From positions 62,001 to 126,000 of the forward strand of contig QPMI01000203.1 in assembly GCA_004431415.1 (NCBI GenBank): a DNA stretch of 64,000 bases, written 5' to 3'. How positions within the stretch are numbered: the stretch's first letter is position 1; every line of letters starts with the position of its first letter. Position numbers and translations under genes: made by a program. A model generated the notes under the pieces. That model saw nothing but the letters and a program-made list of their open reading frames with translations. It did no database searches and had not been told where the DNA came from. This stretch comes from Cyanophora paradoxa CCMP329. Lineage: Eukaryota > Plantae > Glaucophyta. Of this stretch, positions 23,677-35,340 are shown in pieces.

Positions 23677-25793
23677 CTAGATGAAAACATCTTTGTTTTC
23701 AACGAGGAGATTCTTCAGCTTGTCAGCCAAGACTCCGGCCTTCTTTGATGTGTGCAGGTGCTTGATTTTGGTACCGAACGCCTGCTGCAAAGATTGAGAC
23801 CTGCTTGCTCGTGCATCAGAGCATGTTTCGCAATGTGTGGATAAGAAAGAAAGCAAACCGCGGGGTCTTTTCTGCATGAGCTGAATCTCCCTCAGTGCCC
23901 TTCTCGATGGCTGGAGAGGACACCCAAGTAAAAACGCAACCCCTACCCATATAAATGAGTCGGTGAGGCACCTTTTTCGATCACGGATTCAACTGGGGTC
24001 TCTACTGGAAGGATGGGTGCAACATCAATTGCTTGACTGGAACTTGCTGGAGTGGGGTCCAAAACAAGAGCGGGTGTCTCCTCCTCTTCGAAAAGAACAT
24101 CATTTCGGCGTGCAGAGGAGGTCAGACAGGTCAAACACGAACTGAGTGGTGGAAGGTGGAATCCGTTTAACTCACTGAGCGCCTCTCCCAAATCATACGA
24201 CCAAAGAATGCGGAAAACTGCGGAATAAATCGTACGAAATGCATGAATTCGGTGCGCAAACACTTGCACCTGCATTCTCTGCGAGCAACCGCAAGGTGCG
24301 ATCGAGATTGAGTTCCTCTGCGGCAGATGCAGATGCAGCTCCACCACTTGAGCCCGGCTTAGAATCCGCGATCGCTGTCCTTATCGATCGCTCTAATGCA
24401 AGTCTGTTCCGCTTGATGTGCATCTGCAATTTCTCGATATAGCTGCCAGACACGAATCAGAATGTCAGAGTGAGCAGAATATCCAGAAAAGCCAACCTCT
24501 CGAGGTCATCCTTGCCTTTGGCAAGCAAGTCAACACGCTTCTTAAGCTGCAAGTTTTCTCTGGGCGAAGCCAAGTCAGAGCTGCTCCTTTGAAAGAATCG
24601 GAGATACGAACAAGTGATAAGCCAGGCAAGTGATATCGTCGCCAGATTGTCGAATGCCATTTGATGATGCTTGCGCAACAAAGCTGATTGATCGGGTAAG
24701 CTGGAGAATCCGATCCTTGGAAATTTCCAGTTCTGCACGTGTTGACTCCAGCTGTGTCTGTATGCGAGTCAGATTGCATTTCGAATACGATAGAAAACAA
24801 ATGATCACTTCCAACTGCTTGCGTGCTGCAGACTCTGCTGAGAGCTTCTTGAGGGCAGTTGCATACTTCTCTGCGAGGACATGTCGTTAAAGCACTGGGG
24901 GAAAAGACCCCACCATTGCATATGCTGCAGACCCCCTTGAAGCTGCATCATCTTCTTCAGCTTGTCTGCTTCCACTGATGACGATGAGCTTGAATGAACT
25001 TGCAGCTCGCGGAGCCGATTCAAATCGGCCCGCACAGCTCCAAGCTCTTCCCGAAGACGCTCATTTGTTGCTCTGGCCTCTTCAAGATCGTCCAGTGCCC
25101 GCGAATATTTCTCGTTAGCAACTCGCAGTTCAATCTGCAGTCTAGATTAGAAGAGACCAAACGGTGCGAGGCAAAGTTCGAGACACCTCCTTGGCGCGTA
25201 ATTGTTGGTTTGATATGATCTCGTTCAAGACTTCTCGCTGGCTTCGTGCGCTTTCTATCTCGCTCTCCGAATCCGCCTTGTCCTCTGCCCTGTACGTGAC
25301 AGATTCCTGCGGACAGCTGGTCATGAAAAGCAGGCTGCACTGAAACCGTCAAGCACACTTTTCGCTCCGCCCGGGTCGGAGCCGACGCAGCCCTCGCCGC
25401 GGAGCTTGATCCACGCGTGCACAGTCTATCGGCGGCCTTCTCACTCGCGGTGCCAAGCTCCTCGAAGAGGGACATCGCCTCGTCCATGGTCTCGCAGCGC
25501 TTAAGGTAGTACGCTAAGAGCTGCTCGGCGCTCGAGTGAGACAGGCCGCGGGCACGTTGCACCTAGCGCACCGTCCTGCGCTCCGTCTCGAGGTCCGTGT
25601 AAGAGGAAATTCCTTCAGCGTCGGCAAGGCGTTGCAGCTGCTTCCGAAAGTCCTCCTCCCAATCGAACCTCGAAAGGAGATTGGACCCGTCACCCAGCTT
25701 AGAGCCGCAGCACGCGATGCGATACATCGGCGCCAGAGCGCGCAGAGCACGCTGCGGCGCTTCGGCAAGAGCACCGAGGGACTTCAACGCCAT
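23677..25793 (-). CDS. Multi-exon coiled-coil protein of unknown function; 5' end possibly disrupted
   Basis: Consistent heptad exons ([12 protein letters not shown]; [22 protein letters not shown]). Ends [14 protein letters not shown]. Confidence 0.55.
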
Positions 25794-25880
25794 CCTGTGG
25801 AGGTCTGGGACTAGTGTTTTTTGGTAGCCCAGTGTTTTCGGATGCACCATTTGGTCTCGTCACTCACTCAACATATTCAC

Positions 25881-26436
25881 AGTTTGGAAAGAAAAATCAT
25901 CCGGAAACTGCAAGATTCTCCCCAGATGGTCAGTACCTCGTGTCGGGCAGTGTCGATGGCTTTGTGGAGGTCTGGGACTACGAGACTGGAAAGCTGCGCA
26001 AGGACTTAAAGTACCAAGCGCAGGTTCATCTATCGATACAGTTGGCTTTGCCCAGTTTTTGACAGTTTTTCGACAGGACGAATTTATGATGCATGAGGAG
26101 GCTGTTCTCTGTCTAACATTCAGCCGTGACAGTGAATTGCTTGCATCTGGTTGCCAAGCAGGCAAAATCAAGGTAAGCCCCAGCCCGCTTTCTGCTTCTC
26201 ACGGACTCATCTGTGTTCTTTGGGTGTCAGGTTTGGACGTAGGCATCGGTCTCCCTCGGGTGTCAGGTTTGGAGGATTCGCACAGGCCAGTGTATGCGGC
26301 GCTTTGAAAAAGCTCACTCTCAAGGGGTCACATGCCTGGCTTTCACACGTGATAGCACACAATTGCTCAGTGGGTCTTTTGACTCCACTCTCAGGTATCA
26401 TATTGTCATATTCTCATTGATATGCAGCAGCTCGGT
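25881..26436 (+). pseudogene. SMU1: Internal three-exon fragment of SMU1 (WD40 spliceosomal protein), truncated at both ends
   Basis: [36 protein letters not shown]|[25 protein letters not shown]|[26 protein letters not shown]. No LisH/CTLH exons upstream and no later WD exons in the window. Confidence 0.85.
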
Positions 26437-26579
26437 GCACATTGATAACACTGGCATACTAGCCGCGGACAACGCAGGCTAGAAGCGGCGGTGCTAACTA
26501 CGGGGGCGAGAAGCCGCGGACGACGCAGGCAGGGCCCTCTGAAGGGGGGCGTGCAACTTCCCCCTGGGGTTCCTACAAA
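26437..26579 (-). ncRNA. Candidate Fanzor omegaRNA scaffold; guide would start at 26436 (accgagctgctgcatatcaa...)
   Basis: Lies directly between the spliced Fanzor stop (26580-26582) and the homology boundary shared with 7676. Minus-strand hairpins: ccct-tcag-aggg, gcc(t)gcg-tcgtc-cgcggc and ctagcc(t)gcg-ttgtc-cgcggctag. Confidence 0.65.
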
Positions 26580-29500
26580 CTACGATGGGGACGAGGGGGG
26601 GGGGCCTGCCGCCGCGTCGACGTCGGGGCCCGCAGGCGACGACGGAGGAGCTAGGCCCAGGGAGGAAGCGACGCCAGGGGCAAGCTCGGCGTCATCCACA
26701 TCAATGATGACTTGGGGAGAGCCTGCATCATCGATAGCAGAATCGAAAACGGAGCCCGGTGCCGGGGCGCCGGCGCCGGTCGCCGCCGGGGCATGCGCAG
26801 CTGCAGCCGGTGCAGGAGAGGGGAGCGGCCCGAGCGGGGCGAGCCGCACGGGCTTCATCCTCCGCCCCGCGTCCACGCCGGAGAAGAAGCGCAGGGCGAT
26901 GTTCCTGCGGAAAGAAGCATATTAGAGGGGCCGCCGGGCCAAGTATCGTGGGAATCGCTATCAGCTATGATTACGATCGTAACTACGGCCCAGAATTACG
27001 ATCGGACTCTAGGGGCCAAGTACCGCGGGGCCAGGTGAGCTATGATTACGATCGTAACTACGGCCCAGAATTACGATCGGACTCTAGGGGCCAAGTACCA
27101 CGGGGCCAGGTGAGCTATGATTACGATCGTAACTACGGCCCAGAATTACGATCGGACTCTAGGGGCCAAGTACCGCGGGGCCAGGTGAGCTATGATTACG
27201 ATCGTAACTACGGCCCAGAATTACGATCGGACTCTAGGGGCCAAGTACCGCGGGGCCAGGTGAGCTATGATTACGATCGTAACTACGGCCCAGAATTACG
27301 ATCGGACTCTAGGGGCCAAGTACCGCGGGGCCAGGTGAGCTATGATTACGATCGTAACTACGGCCCAGAATTACGATCGGACTCTAGGGGCCAAGTACCG
27401 CGGGGCCAGGTGAGCTATGATTACGATCGTAACTACGGCCCAGAATTACGATCGGACTCTAGGGGCCAAGTACCGCGGGGCCAGGTGAGCTATGATTACG
27501 ACTACGGCCCAGAATTACGATCGGACTCTAGGGGCCAAGTACCGCGGGGCCAGGTGAGCTACGGCCCAGAATTACGATCGGAACTCAGGGGTTTGGCGAT
27601 CGACTACGCTACGATCGGGGGCTGGCATTGCACGGACCGGGCGGCGTTGAAGTCCCTGTCCATCTTGGCGCCGCAGCGGGGGCAGTCGAAGGTCTCGCTC
27701 GCGCCGATGTCCGAGTGGATGTACGTGCAGCGCCCGCACGTCTTGGTGGTGTAGTGCTCCAGCACGAGGAGGACCGTGCACTCCGGGCGGTGCAGGGCGG
27801 CCTGCTGCAGGATGCAGCGGAACCTGCGCAGTGGATCACGACCAGGACGGGACGGACGGACGGACGCCTTCGAACGGCGGGCGGCAGCGGGCAGCACTCA
27901 CTCGTAGTGGCGGCAGGAGAGAAGCTGCCGCGCGCCGGACGGCCCGAGGACGCGCCCCTTGCGCCGGACCTAGAGACAGAAGCATCAGAGAGGGCGGCGG
28001 CAGGCCCACCGGGAGGACAGCGGACCATCTCGCTCGTGCGGAACTCCGGGATGAAGACGTAGTCGAAGTTCTCCACGAGGAAACTGAAGCGGAAACGGGG
28101 GACGGTCGCAGCGAATTTTGAGGCCCACAGAGCCGCCCGCACCGGGCGATGAGGCGGAGGGTCTCCGTGCCCACGTTGCGCTCGTGCTCGTAGCCCCGGA
28201 GCACCTTCTTCCGGAGCCGGTGCAGGGTACGGGAGGAGACTGCGCGAGAGGAAAGGCCGTCGCGTCAGACGGGGCGGGGGGAGGATCGGGGAGGGCACGG
28301 CGGGGGGCGGGAGCACGGTGGCCGCCAGCAGGCTCGGCGGGAACGGCCTGCTCCGACTTGGCGAGGAGCTCCGCCAGCCTCTTCAGCACCCGCTCGCGCG
28401 CGTGCGACAGACCGCGCCCGAGCTGCGAACCCCGGGCCCCCGCGGTCAGCGGGGGAGGCAGGCGGGGACCTCGAGCCCCGCACCTCGATGACGCGCCCGT
28501 CGGAGCACATGCCGACGAGCATCTTCCGCGAACCGGGGTCGAGGGCGATCCAGGACCTGGCGCGCCGCTCGCCGAAGGCCCTGCGGAGCTCGATCCAGGC
28601 CGCCACGAGATCCTTCAAGAGCTCCCTCTCGGCGTCGCTCAGCGCGCCGCCCGGCCGCCGGCGGCCCTCGACGGCGTCGTCGGGGGGGGCGCCCGCCGGG
28701 TCCCGGGGCATCCCGCGGCACGACGGGCCGGCCCACCAGGGCGAGCGCCAGGTCGCGGGCACGACCTGGCCCTCCACCTCCATGGTCTTCGCCGCCCGTG
28801 CCTTGGCCATCTCGACCGGATGGCAGAACCTGCGCGCGAGGCGCCGGTGAGCCGGTGCCAGGGGGCGGGGCGCGGCAGGGGCGGGGGCTCTCGGTGCGCC
28901 AGACGCTGCCGTTGGGCTTGAGGACGAGGCGCGAGTCGTGGTCGATCGCGGAAGGAATGGCGCCGTCGTGCGTGGGCAGGCGCCTGAGGAACTCCCAGTG
29001 GCGCTTCCCGTAGTCGTCCTTGCGGACGACGACGGAGCACTGCCGCCCCCGGAGGTGGCGCCCTCTGCGCAGCGCGCAAAAGGGGCGGTCGGTCAGACCG
29101 GCGAGGCCCGCGTTTGAACTCGCATCGTTTAAACAATTATAATAAGGAGCGGGGCAATTTCACACATCGGATTAGATTACTATTATCTTTCCCGTTCCGG
29201 GGGTGAGAACGGCGCACTTGAGTGTCCTGAGCGGCTTGCCCCGCTCGACCTGCGCGCTCGCAGCCGCCAGCGCGTCGTGCGTCGCCGTCTCCAGCGAGTG
29301 GGCGAGGGCCTCCTCGAGGAAGCCCCGCTCCTCGGCGCCGAGCTCGCTGAGCATGGCCTCGCGCGCCCAGACGATGAGGTCGTAGTGCTTGACGCCCGGC
29401 TCGACCGCCCCCTTCATCGCGAAGGCCCGGCGCAGCAGCGCACGCGCCTCGTCCTGGCCGAGGCTGCGGACAATCTGCACGGGGAGTGAGCGAGTTGAAC

Positions 29501-29790
29501 TAGATCCCGATTATTACGATCAGAATGACGCCCAGAGTTAGAGTTTGCGAATCAGAATATTCCTAGTACTTAGCAAGGGGTTATCTGGCGGCTGCAAGGG
29601 GTTATCTGCAAGGCCGGCGTTCGTAGCAAGGGCTGCGGGGGCCGCACCCACTCGTTGAGCTTGATGAGGCCGACGCCGGCGTTGTAGACGATGTTGCACG
29701 CGACGACCTCCCGCCAGATCCGGTCCTTCGTCTCTCCCTTGAGGCAGCCGCGCCTGAGGACATAGGCGACCGTCGCGAGGCGGGCCTCCG
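26580..29790 (-). CDS. Fanzor2-like (IS607 TnpB-derived) RNA-guided nuclease module, ~9 exons
   Basis: Spliced motifs: ACNIVYNAGV (N-terminal helix), IDHDSRLV, WIALDPGSR (RuvC-I D, 28538-40), FLVENFDYVFIPEF, RHYEFR, VLEHYTTKTCGRC (rearranged E, 27757-59), FDCPRCG, DRDFNAAR|NIALR (RuvC-III D, 27652-54). Confidence 0.92.
26963..27590. repeat. 75-bp tandem array (7 full units, one with a 6-bp deletion, one partial) inside the last Fanzor intron (27637-26905)
   Basis: Unit agctatgattacgatcgtaactacggcccagaattacgatcggactctaggggccaagtaccgcggggccaggtg, starting at 26963, 27038, 27113 and so on. Contains the palindrome TTACGATCGTAA. Confidence 0.97.
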
Positions 29791-31779
29791 CGTCCGCATC
29801 CTCCGAATTCTTCTTCTTCTTCTTCTTCTTCTTCTTCTTCTTCTCCCCCTTCTTCTTGCCGCCCGACTCCTCCTCCTCCCGCCGCCTCGCCTCCTCCAGC
29901 GCGTCCTCGCTGGCCACTGGGAAAGTGGCGAGAGTCGGGAAGGGGGCGGTCGACGACGCGGGGGCGCCGCAGCGGGGCGAGCGCACGGCACTCGTCGATG
30001 CGGCCCGCGAGCCCGTCCCAGCCGGGCCTGGGGCCCGAGCTCGGCTTCCAGACGGCGACGCCGTGCCGCGCCCCGTCGCCGAAGAGGCGCCCCTCGGAGA
30101 AGGGGTTCCAGAAGCGGCTCCAGTCGTCGGCATTCTCCACCTTCACCTCCTGCATCACGCTCTTCTCGGGGAGGACAATCTGCGGGAGAGGTGAGGAAAT
30201 CGGAGGGGCGGCGTCGCGGACCAAGCCCCTGGTGGGCGCACGGCATTCGAGATTTCCATCAATCTCGTGTCGCTGTCGTGGAAGAACTCGAGGGCGGGCT
30301 TTGCGGAGCGCAGCAGCTCCCAGAAGTAGCCCGTGCGCTCCGCCGCCCCCGCGATGAGCGGCTGCACGTCCTCCGGCTTGAAGAGCCTGCGGATCGGGCG
30401 AATCAGGAGGGGGTGCGCGGAAGAGGCCCGGGATCTAGCCCAGTAGGGGAGAAGAAGGGCGCGCGCGAGATCGAGCTCTAGATCCTGACCGGCGGAACTT
30501 GACCCCCGCGCCCCCCCGCGCGCACCGGTTGTACGTCTTCGTCATGTACGTGGCGATGGCCGTCGCGCCCGCGCCCAGGCGGCAGCGGGGGCAGTGCCAG
30601 TCGCCCCGCCCCTGCCCGCCGCCGCGCCTCAACGAGGCGCGGATGGCTTCGGCGGCCTCCAGCACGGCGCCCTGCCCGCAGGAGGGATCGGCCGCGAGGC
30701 GAAAGAGAGGGAGGGACCAGAGGCCGCACCTCGACGCCCTCGGGGTCGGCGGGGCCGCCGGCCCTCGCCGCCGCGATGGCGCGGCTGCGGAAGCCGATGG
30801 CCGGCCCCGAGGGGGCCAGGAGACCCTTGAAGAAGCGTTCGCCGAGGAAGTCGGAGGGCGGGAAGTTGGTGCGGCCGGCCGCGTCGTCGGGCCCGAGCAC
30901 GGCGACGACCACGCGATCGTGGGCCCGGGCCGCAGAGCGCGGGGAGCCGTAGTCGCCAACGTGCACCTGCGATGGGAGTCGGAAAGGGGCGCGGAGGCCC
31001 GGAGACGGAGGCGCCGCGTTCACCGAGACGCCCAGGAGGTCGATGTCGACGACTGCCTGCCAGGAGTAGACGGGGGACACGTCGGTGTAGCGCTCGACGC
31101 CCACGTACCGCCCCGGGGAGCGGGGCGGCGGCCTGAGCGCGCGCTGCGCCCTGCGCTCCGCCGCGGCCCGCCTCGCCTCGGCCCGATGCTCCGCCGCCTT
31201 CTGCTCCCTCGCATCCCGCAACCGCTGCAGCTCCTGCGCGGCGTCGAGAACTCGCTGCGCCTCCGCCTGGGGGAACCCGGGCCCGGATCAGCGCGGGCGC
31301 GACGGCCCCCGGGCTCCGGCGACCCTGGCACCTTGGCGTCCGCCGGCGGCGACCAGGAGCGGTGGATCTTCTCGATTTCGGGGTCGTCGGCGTAGGCGGA
31401 GAGCGGGAAGTTGGTACGGGCGTCGGGCCCGAACGCGGCGATGAGCACGAGGTCGACGTCCCTGGCCGCGGCGATGCACGATTCCCGCTCCTTGCCGGAC
31501 ACCGGCTGCGCGGCGGGGGAGGTCACGGCCCCGAGGGCAGCCGAGGGGGAGGGAGGGAGGGAGGGCGCGGGGGGGTGGAGACCTCGCCCTGCGGCGGGAC
31601 CGGGACCTTGGCGCGCCAGGCACCCCCGCCGCGGCCGGCGGGCGGCCCCTCGACGTACTCGAAGCTCGCGGAGTTGGGGCATGAGTCCGTGTCGTGGTGG
31701 ACGGCGCCGCACTCCGAGCGCGCGCAGCGGACGAGGTCGCCCCCGCTGAGCGTGCACCGGTACCCGCCGCAGCACCCGC

Positions 31780-31829
<50 letters not shown>

Positions 31830-34800
31830 CCCCGCCCCGCCCCCGCCCCGCCCCGCCGCTGCCGCCGCCGCCGCCCCGGCCCCGGCCCCGGCCCCGGCCC
31901 CGGCCCCGGCCCCGGCCCCGGCCCCGGCCCCGGCCCTTGGGTTCTTCGGTCCGCCCCGCATCGGGTTCGCCGGCCCTGCGCGAGGGCATGAGCCCGGCGA
32001 GGGGGAGGGCGGGAGGCGGCGCCGGCCTGCGCGGCTTCTTGGCGGACGTGCGGGGCCCGTCGCCGCTCGCCTTGCGGGGCCCGTCGCCGCCCGCCTTGCG
32101 CCCGCCGAGCGGCTCCCCCCTGTACGCGCAAGGAAAGAATGAGACCGGGGACGGGGGCGAGAGGAGGGCTGGGACAAGGCGGACAAGGCGTCGAACCGCC
32201 GAGGGTCGATGCTCCACTCGTACCCGCCCATATTGTCGTACGTTCGCTTCGCCTGCCCCGCGCGTGAGTGGCCGCCCGTCGCGCCGCGCCCCCTCGCCCC
32301 CGCTCACCTCATCCTCGCCCGAGCCCGATCCATTCGCTCCTCGCTCGAATCCGCCCGGCCTGCCACGCCACGTTACGAAGGTCACGGCGTTGCGACGAAA
32401 CGAGACGGCGCAAGACGTCCGAACCGAGCGCCCCCGCCCTGCGCCGCCGCCGGCATGCGCATGAGCGCCCCCGCCCGGCGAAAAAAACAATGCGGCGGCG
32501 GGCATCGACGAACCTCCGACGCGCTCGCCGCCGCCCCCGCCGCCTTGCGCTTGCCCCCTGCGGCCCCCATGCCGTGAGAAACACCCAGAAAACGCCCCCG
32601 CGCCGGGCACCGCGGACCCGCAGGGGCCGCGCAGTAACGGCAGCTCTTGATCTGGAAGCGGCCCTCGGGCCAGTCGCCCCAGTCGCCGGCGCGCCCCGCT
32701 CCGACCCCCGAGCACCTGCGCGCGGCGGGGGGTCGGGGGGAAGGAGGCCGGAGGAAGGGACGGCGCGGGTGCACCTGTCGCAGAACCAACGATCGCAGCC
32801 GCTGCAGCGCACGGGCGTTGGACCCGCCGGGCGGCTGCGCGCGCCGCAGGTCGGCGCGCAGGAGGGGGCGGCGGACGAGGCCGGAGAAGAAGACGAACCC
32901 GCATTCGTCGCAGGCGACGTCCGAGGCCCCCGATGACGCCGAGGCCCCCGATGACGCCGAGGGCCCCGCCGAGGGCCCCGCCGCCGAGCCCCCCGCTGAA
33001 GCCGCCCCCGCCGAGGCCCCCCCCGCCGCCGCCGCCGCCGCCGCCGCCACCGCCGCCGAGGGAACGAGCAGATCGTAGTGACCTTCCTTGATCCAGAGGA
33101 CGTGGAGCTCGGTGCTCGCACCCGCGTCGCCTGCGATCGCGCCCGGCAGTGAGCGGCGAGAGGCGCGCAGCGCAGCACAGCGCAGCGCAGATCGCGGGAC
33201 GCGCCGTACGGGGCCAACAACTTCTGCCAGCGCCACGCATTGAAGTCGAAGAGGTGGGCGGAGATGCGCACCCCGAGGGCGTGGGCCAGCGCCTTCAGCT
33301 CCATCGGACCTGCGCCGGAGGACGCGTCAGAGAACGATAATCGAGGGCCGACTCGGCGGCGATGCCACGCCCGAGGGGGAGGAGGTCACCTCCCCACCCT
33401 GCCCCGTCCCGAATGTGCGCCACGTACTCCTTGAAGGGGCTGGTGGTCTCGATCATCGCACCATCCTCGCCGGTCACGTAGTGCGTCACCTTCCCGTCAA
33501 GCACGTCCCTGGTCGCGCGCGCCGGGGTCGGTGCCGGACGGGGGCGACGAGGGGGTCGAGGGGGCGACACGCGAACCAGCTCTCCACGAAGACGTCATAG
33601 AGCCGCTCGAGCGCCTCCGCTGCCAGCAGGCGGGCCTGCCCGATGCTGAGCTCCCCGTGAAACTGCGAGCCCGCCCCGCCCACGACCCGCGTCAGCAGAA
33701 CGGAGAGCGGAGAGGGCGCGGGTCGTGGCCCGGGACGGACCTCCGAGGGGTCGATGCCCGCGGCAGCGAGCTGCTCGGCCGAGGGTCGAACGCCCGCCGC
33801 GGCGGCACCGGTGCGGACGGCGTTGAAGAGACAGTTCCCGCCGCCCACCTGGGGCACGCGCTCGAAGCCACGGGGGGCACCCGCCGGGTCGTCCGACGGC
33901 GCAGGCGCAGACGGCGGCGCGTGCGGGGACGGAGGCGAGGCAGCGGCAGGGGCCGCCGGCGGGGCCGGGGCAGGGGAGGCCGCCGTCGGGCCGGGCGGGG
34001 CCGGGGCAGGGCCCGCCGGTGGGGCCGGAGGGCCCCCGAGGAGGTCGCCGATGGCCCGGCAAATCTCCCCCGCGCACCGCCGGACATCGTCGTCGGCGAG
34101 GTCGATCCCGCAGGCTCCGAAATCGTCCTCCGTGCGGGGGCGATGGACCGCGATGCTGTCCAACTGGCGAGGACCGAAGATCTGCGCACCCGGAGGGCAT
34201 TAACAAGGAGCGGGCGCGGCCCACTACCCCGCCCAACGCCCCAGCGCACGTAGTCGTAACCGGAGTAGAGCCAGTCGCGGATCATTCTGTACTCCTCCAT
34301 CGCGGCATCGGAGCCCACCTGCGAGAGAGGACGGGGTCGGGGGTGGCGGGCAGGGAGCGGGGCGAGGAATCACGCACGGGCACAGCAGCGGGCGGAGCGG
34401 ACGGAGCAGGGGCCGGCTGCGGCGCGTCGATGTCCATCGGGACCGGCGACGTGGAGGGTGCCTGAGCCGCCGCAGGAGCCGCCACCGGCGCCGCCGACCC
34501 GCCGGGCGGCTCGTCGCCCTGCGACGAGGAGCGAGTGAGCGTCGTGGGGTCGTGGGACGCAGCCAGTGCAGCACGGCACGCCAGGAAGAGGCGGCGCCTC
34601 TAGTGCTGCCGGGAGGGCGAAGCGCACGGCAACGGGCACAGCAACGTGCGGAGCGGCCGCACACGGCGCGTCGACGTCCATCGGGACCGGCGACGCAGAG
34701 GGTGCCCGAGCCGCCGCAGGAGCCGCCACCGGCGCCACCGACCCGTCAGGCGGCTCGTCGTCCTGCGGCGAGGGAGCGAGTGAGCGTCGCGGGGCCGCAG

Positions 34801-35340
34801 CCAGTGCAGCACGCCAGGAAGAAGCTGCATGTCCGCGCCCCGACGCTAGTGCTACCGGGAGGGCGAAGCGCACTGCGTCGGCGGCGGGTGCGGGCCCGCG
34901 GCGAGGCTTCTTCCGACCACCCCTGCGCGCAGGAGGACGAGGGCGGTGAGGAATCGCAAGGCCCGCGGCCGCGCGGCGGCGGCGGCGGCGCACCTTCCCA
35001 TCGCCATCGCAGAAGCGCAGAACGCCCCCTTCGAATGACGAACTGCGCGCAGAGCTGCTGCGGGCGCCCGCCCGGCCCACGAGAACCGGTTCTGGCACGC
35101 GGCACGAACGCACACGTGGCGGGCTCTCCAAGCGTGCATGGCGGCTGCATGCGATCCGCGCCCGAAACGCCGGACCAGGAGCCAGTTCTCCAGGCCCGCG
35201 TGCGCACGTGCCGGCCCGCTGAATGCCATCACGACATATGCAAGCGCCCCCGCGCGGCCGAAACGCCACAGGAATCATTCGCGGGGCATGCGCACAGCCG
35301 AAACCAGCCCCCGGCGGCGGTGGCGGCGGTGACGTCACCG
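29791..35340 (-). CDS. N-terminal extension of the Fanzor gene: OTU protease, two PHD-like fingers, RG repeat, two AP2 domains, poly-Lys NLS-like tract (start approximate)
   Basis: OTU: VPQVGGGNCLFNAV..YVAHIRDGAGWG|GPMELKALA..LHVLWIKEGHYDLL. Finger: CDEC..CSGCDRWFCDRC..CRYC. AP2 motifs: AAARDVDLVLIAAFGPDARTNFP and YVGV..WQAVV..VHVGDYGSPRSAARAHD..RTNFP. Confidence 0.75.
34375..34880. repeat. ~244-bp exon+intron tandem duplication in the 5' part of the OTU-AP2-Fanzor gene
   Basis: gcgcgtcga.gtccatcgggaccggcgacg at 34422 and 34666, encoding DDEPP.GS.APVAAPAAA.APS.SPVPMD twice. Confidence 0.85.

Noticed and set aside
26963-27590. CRISPR array next to a Cas12-like gene
   Set aside because: The units are contiguous and essentially identical with no variable spacers, and they lie inside a spliceosomal intron.
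27604-27606. Fanzor stop codon at 27604
   Set aside because: Splicing at 27637/26905 restores the conserved NAARNI motif, so the stop at 26580 is preferred.
26759-27754. 331-aa plus-strand ORF with a 25-aa repeat
   Set aside because: An artefact of a stop-free 75-bp unit, antisense to the Fanzor exons and intron.
29172-29480. Separate small ORF (possible TnpA)
   Set aside because: It has no resolvase motifs and splices in phase on both sides as a Fanzor exon.
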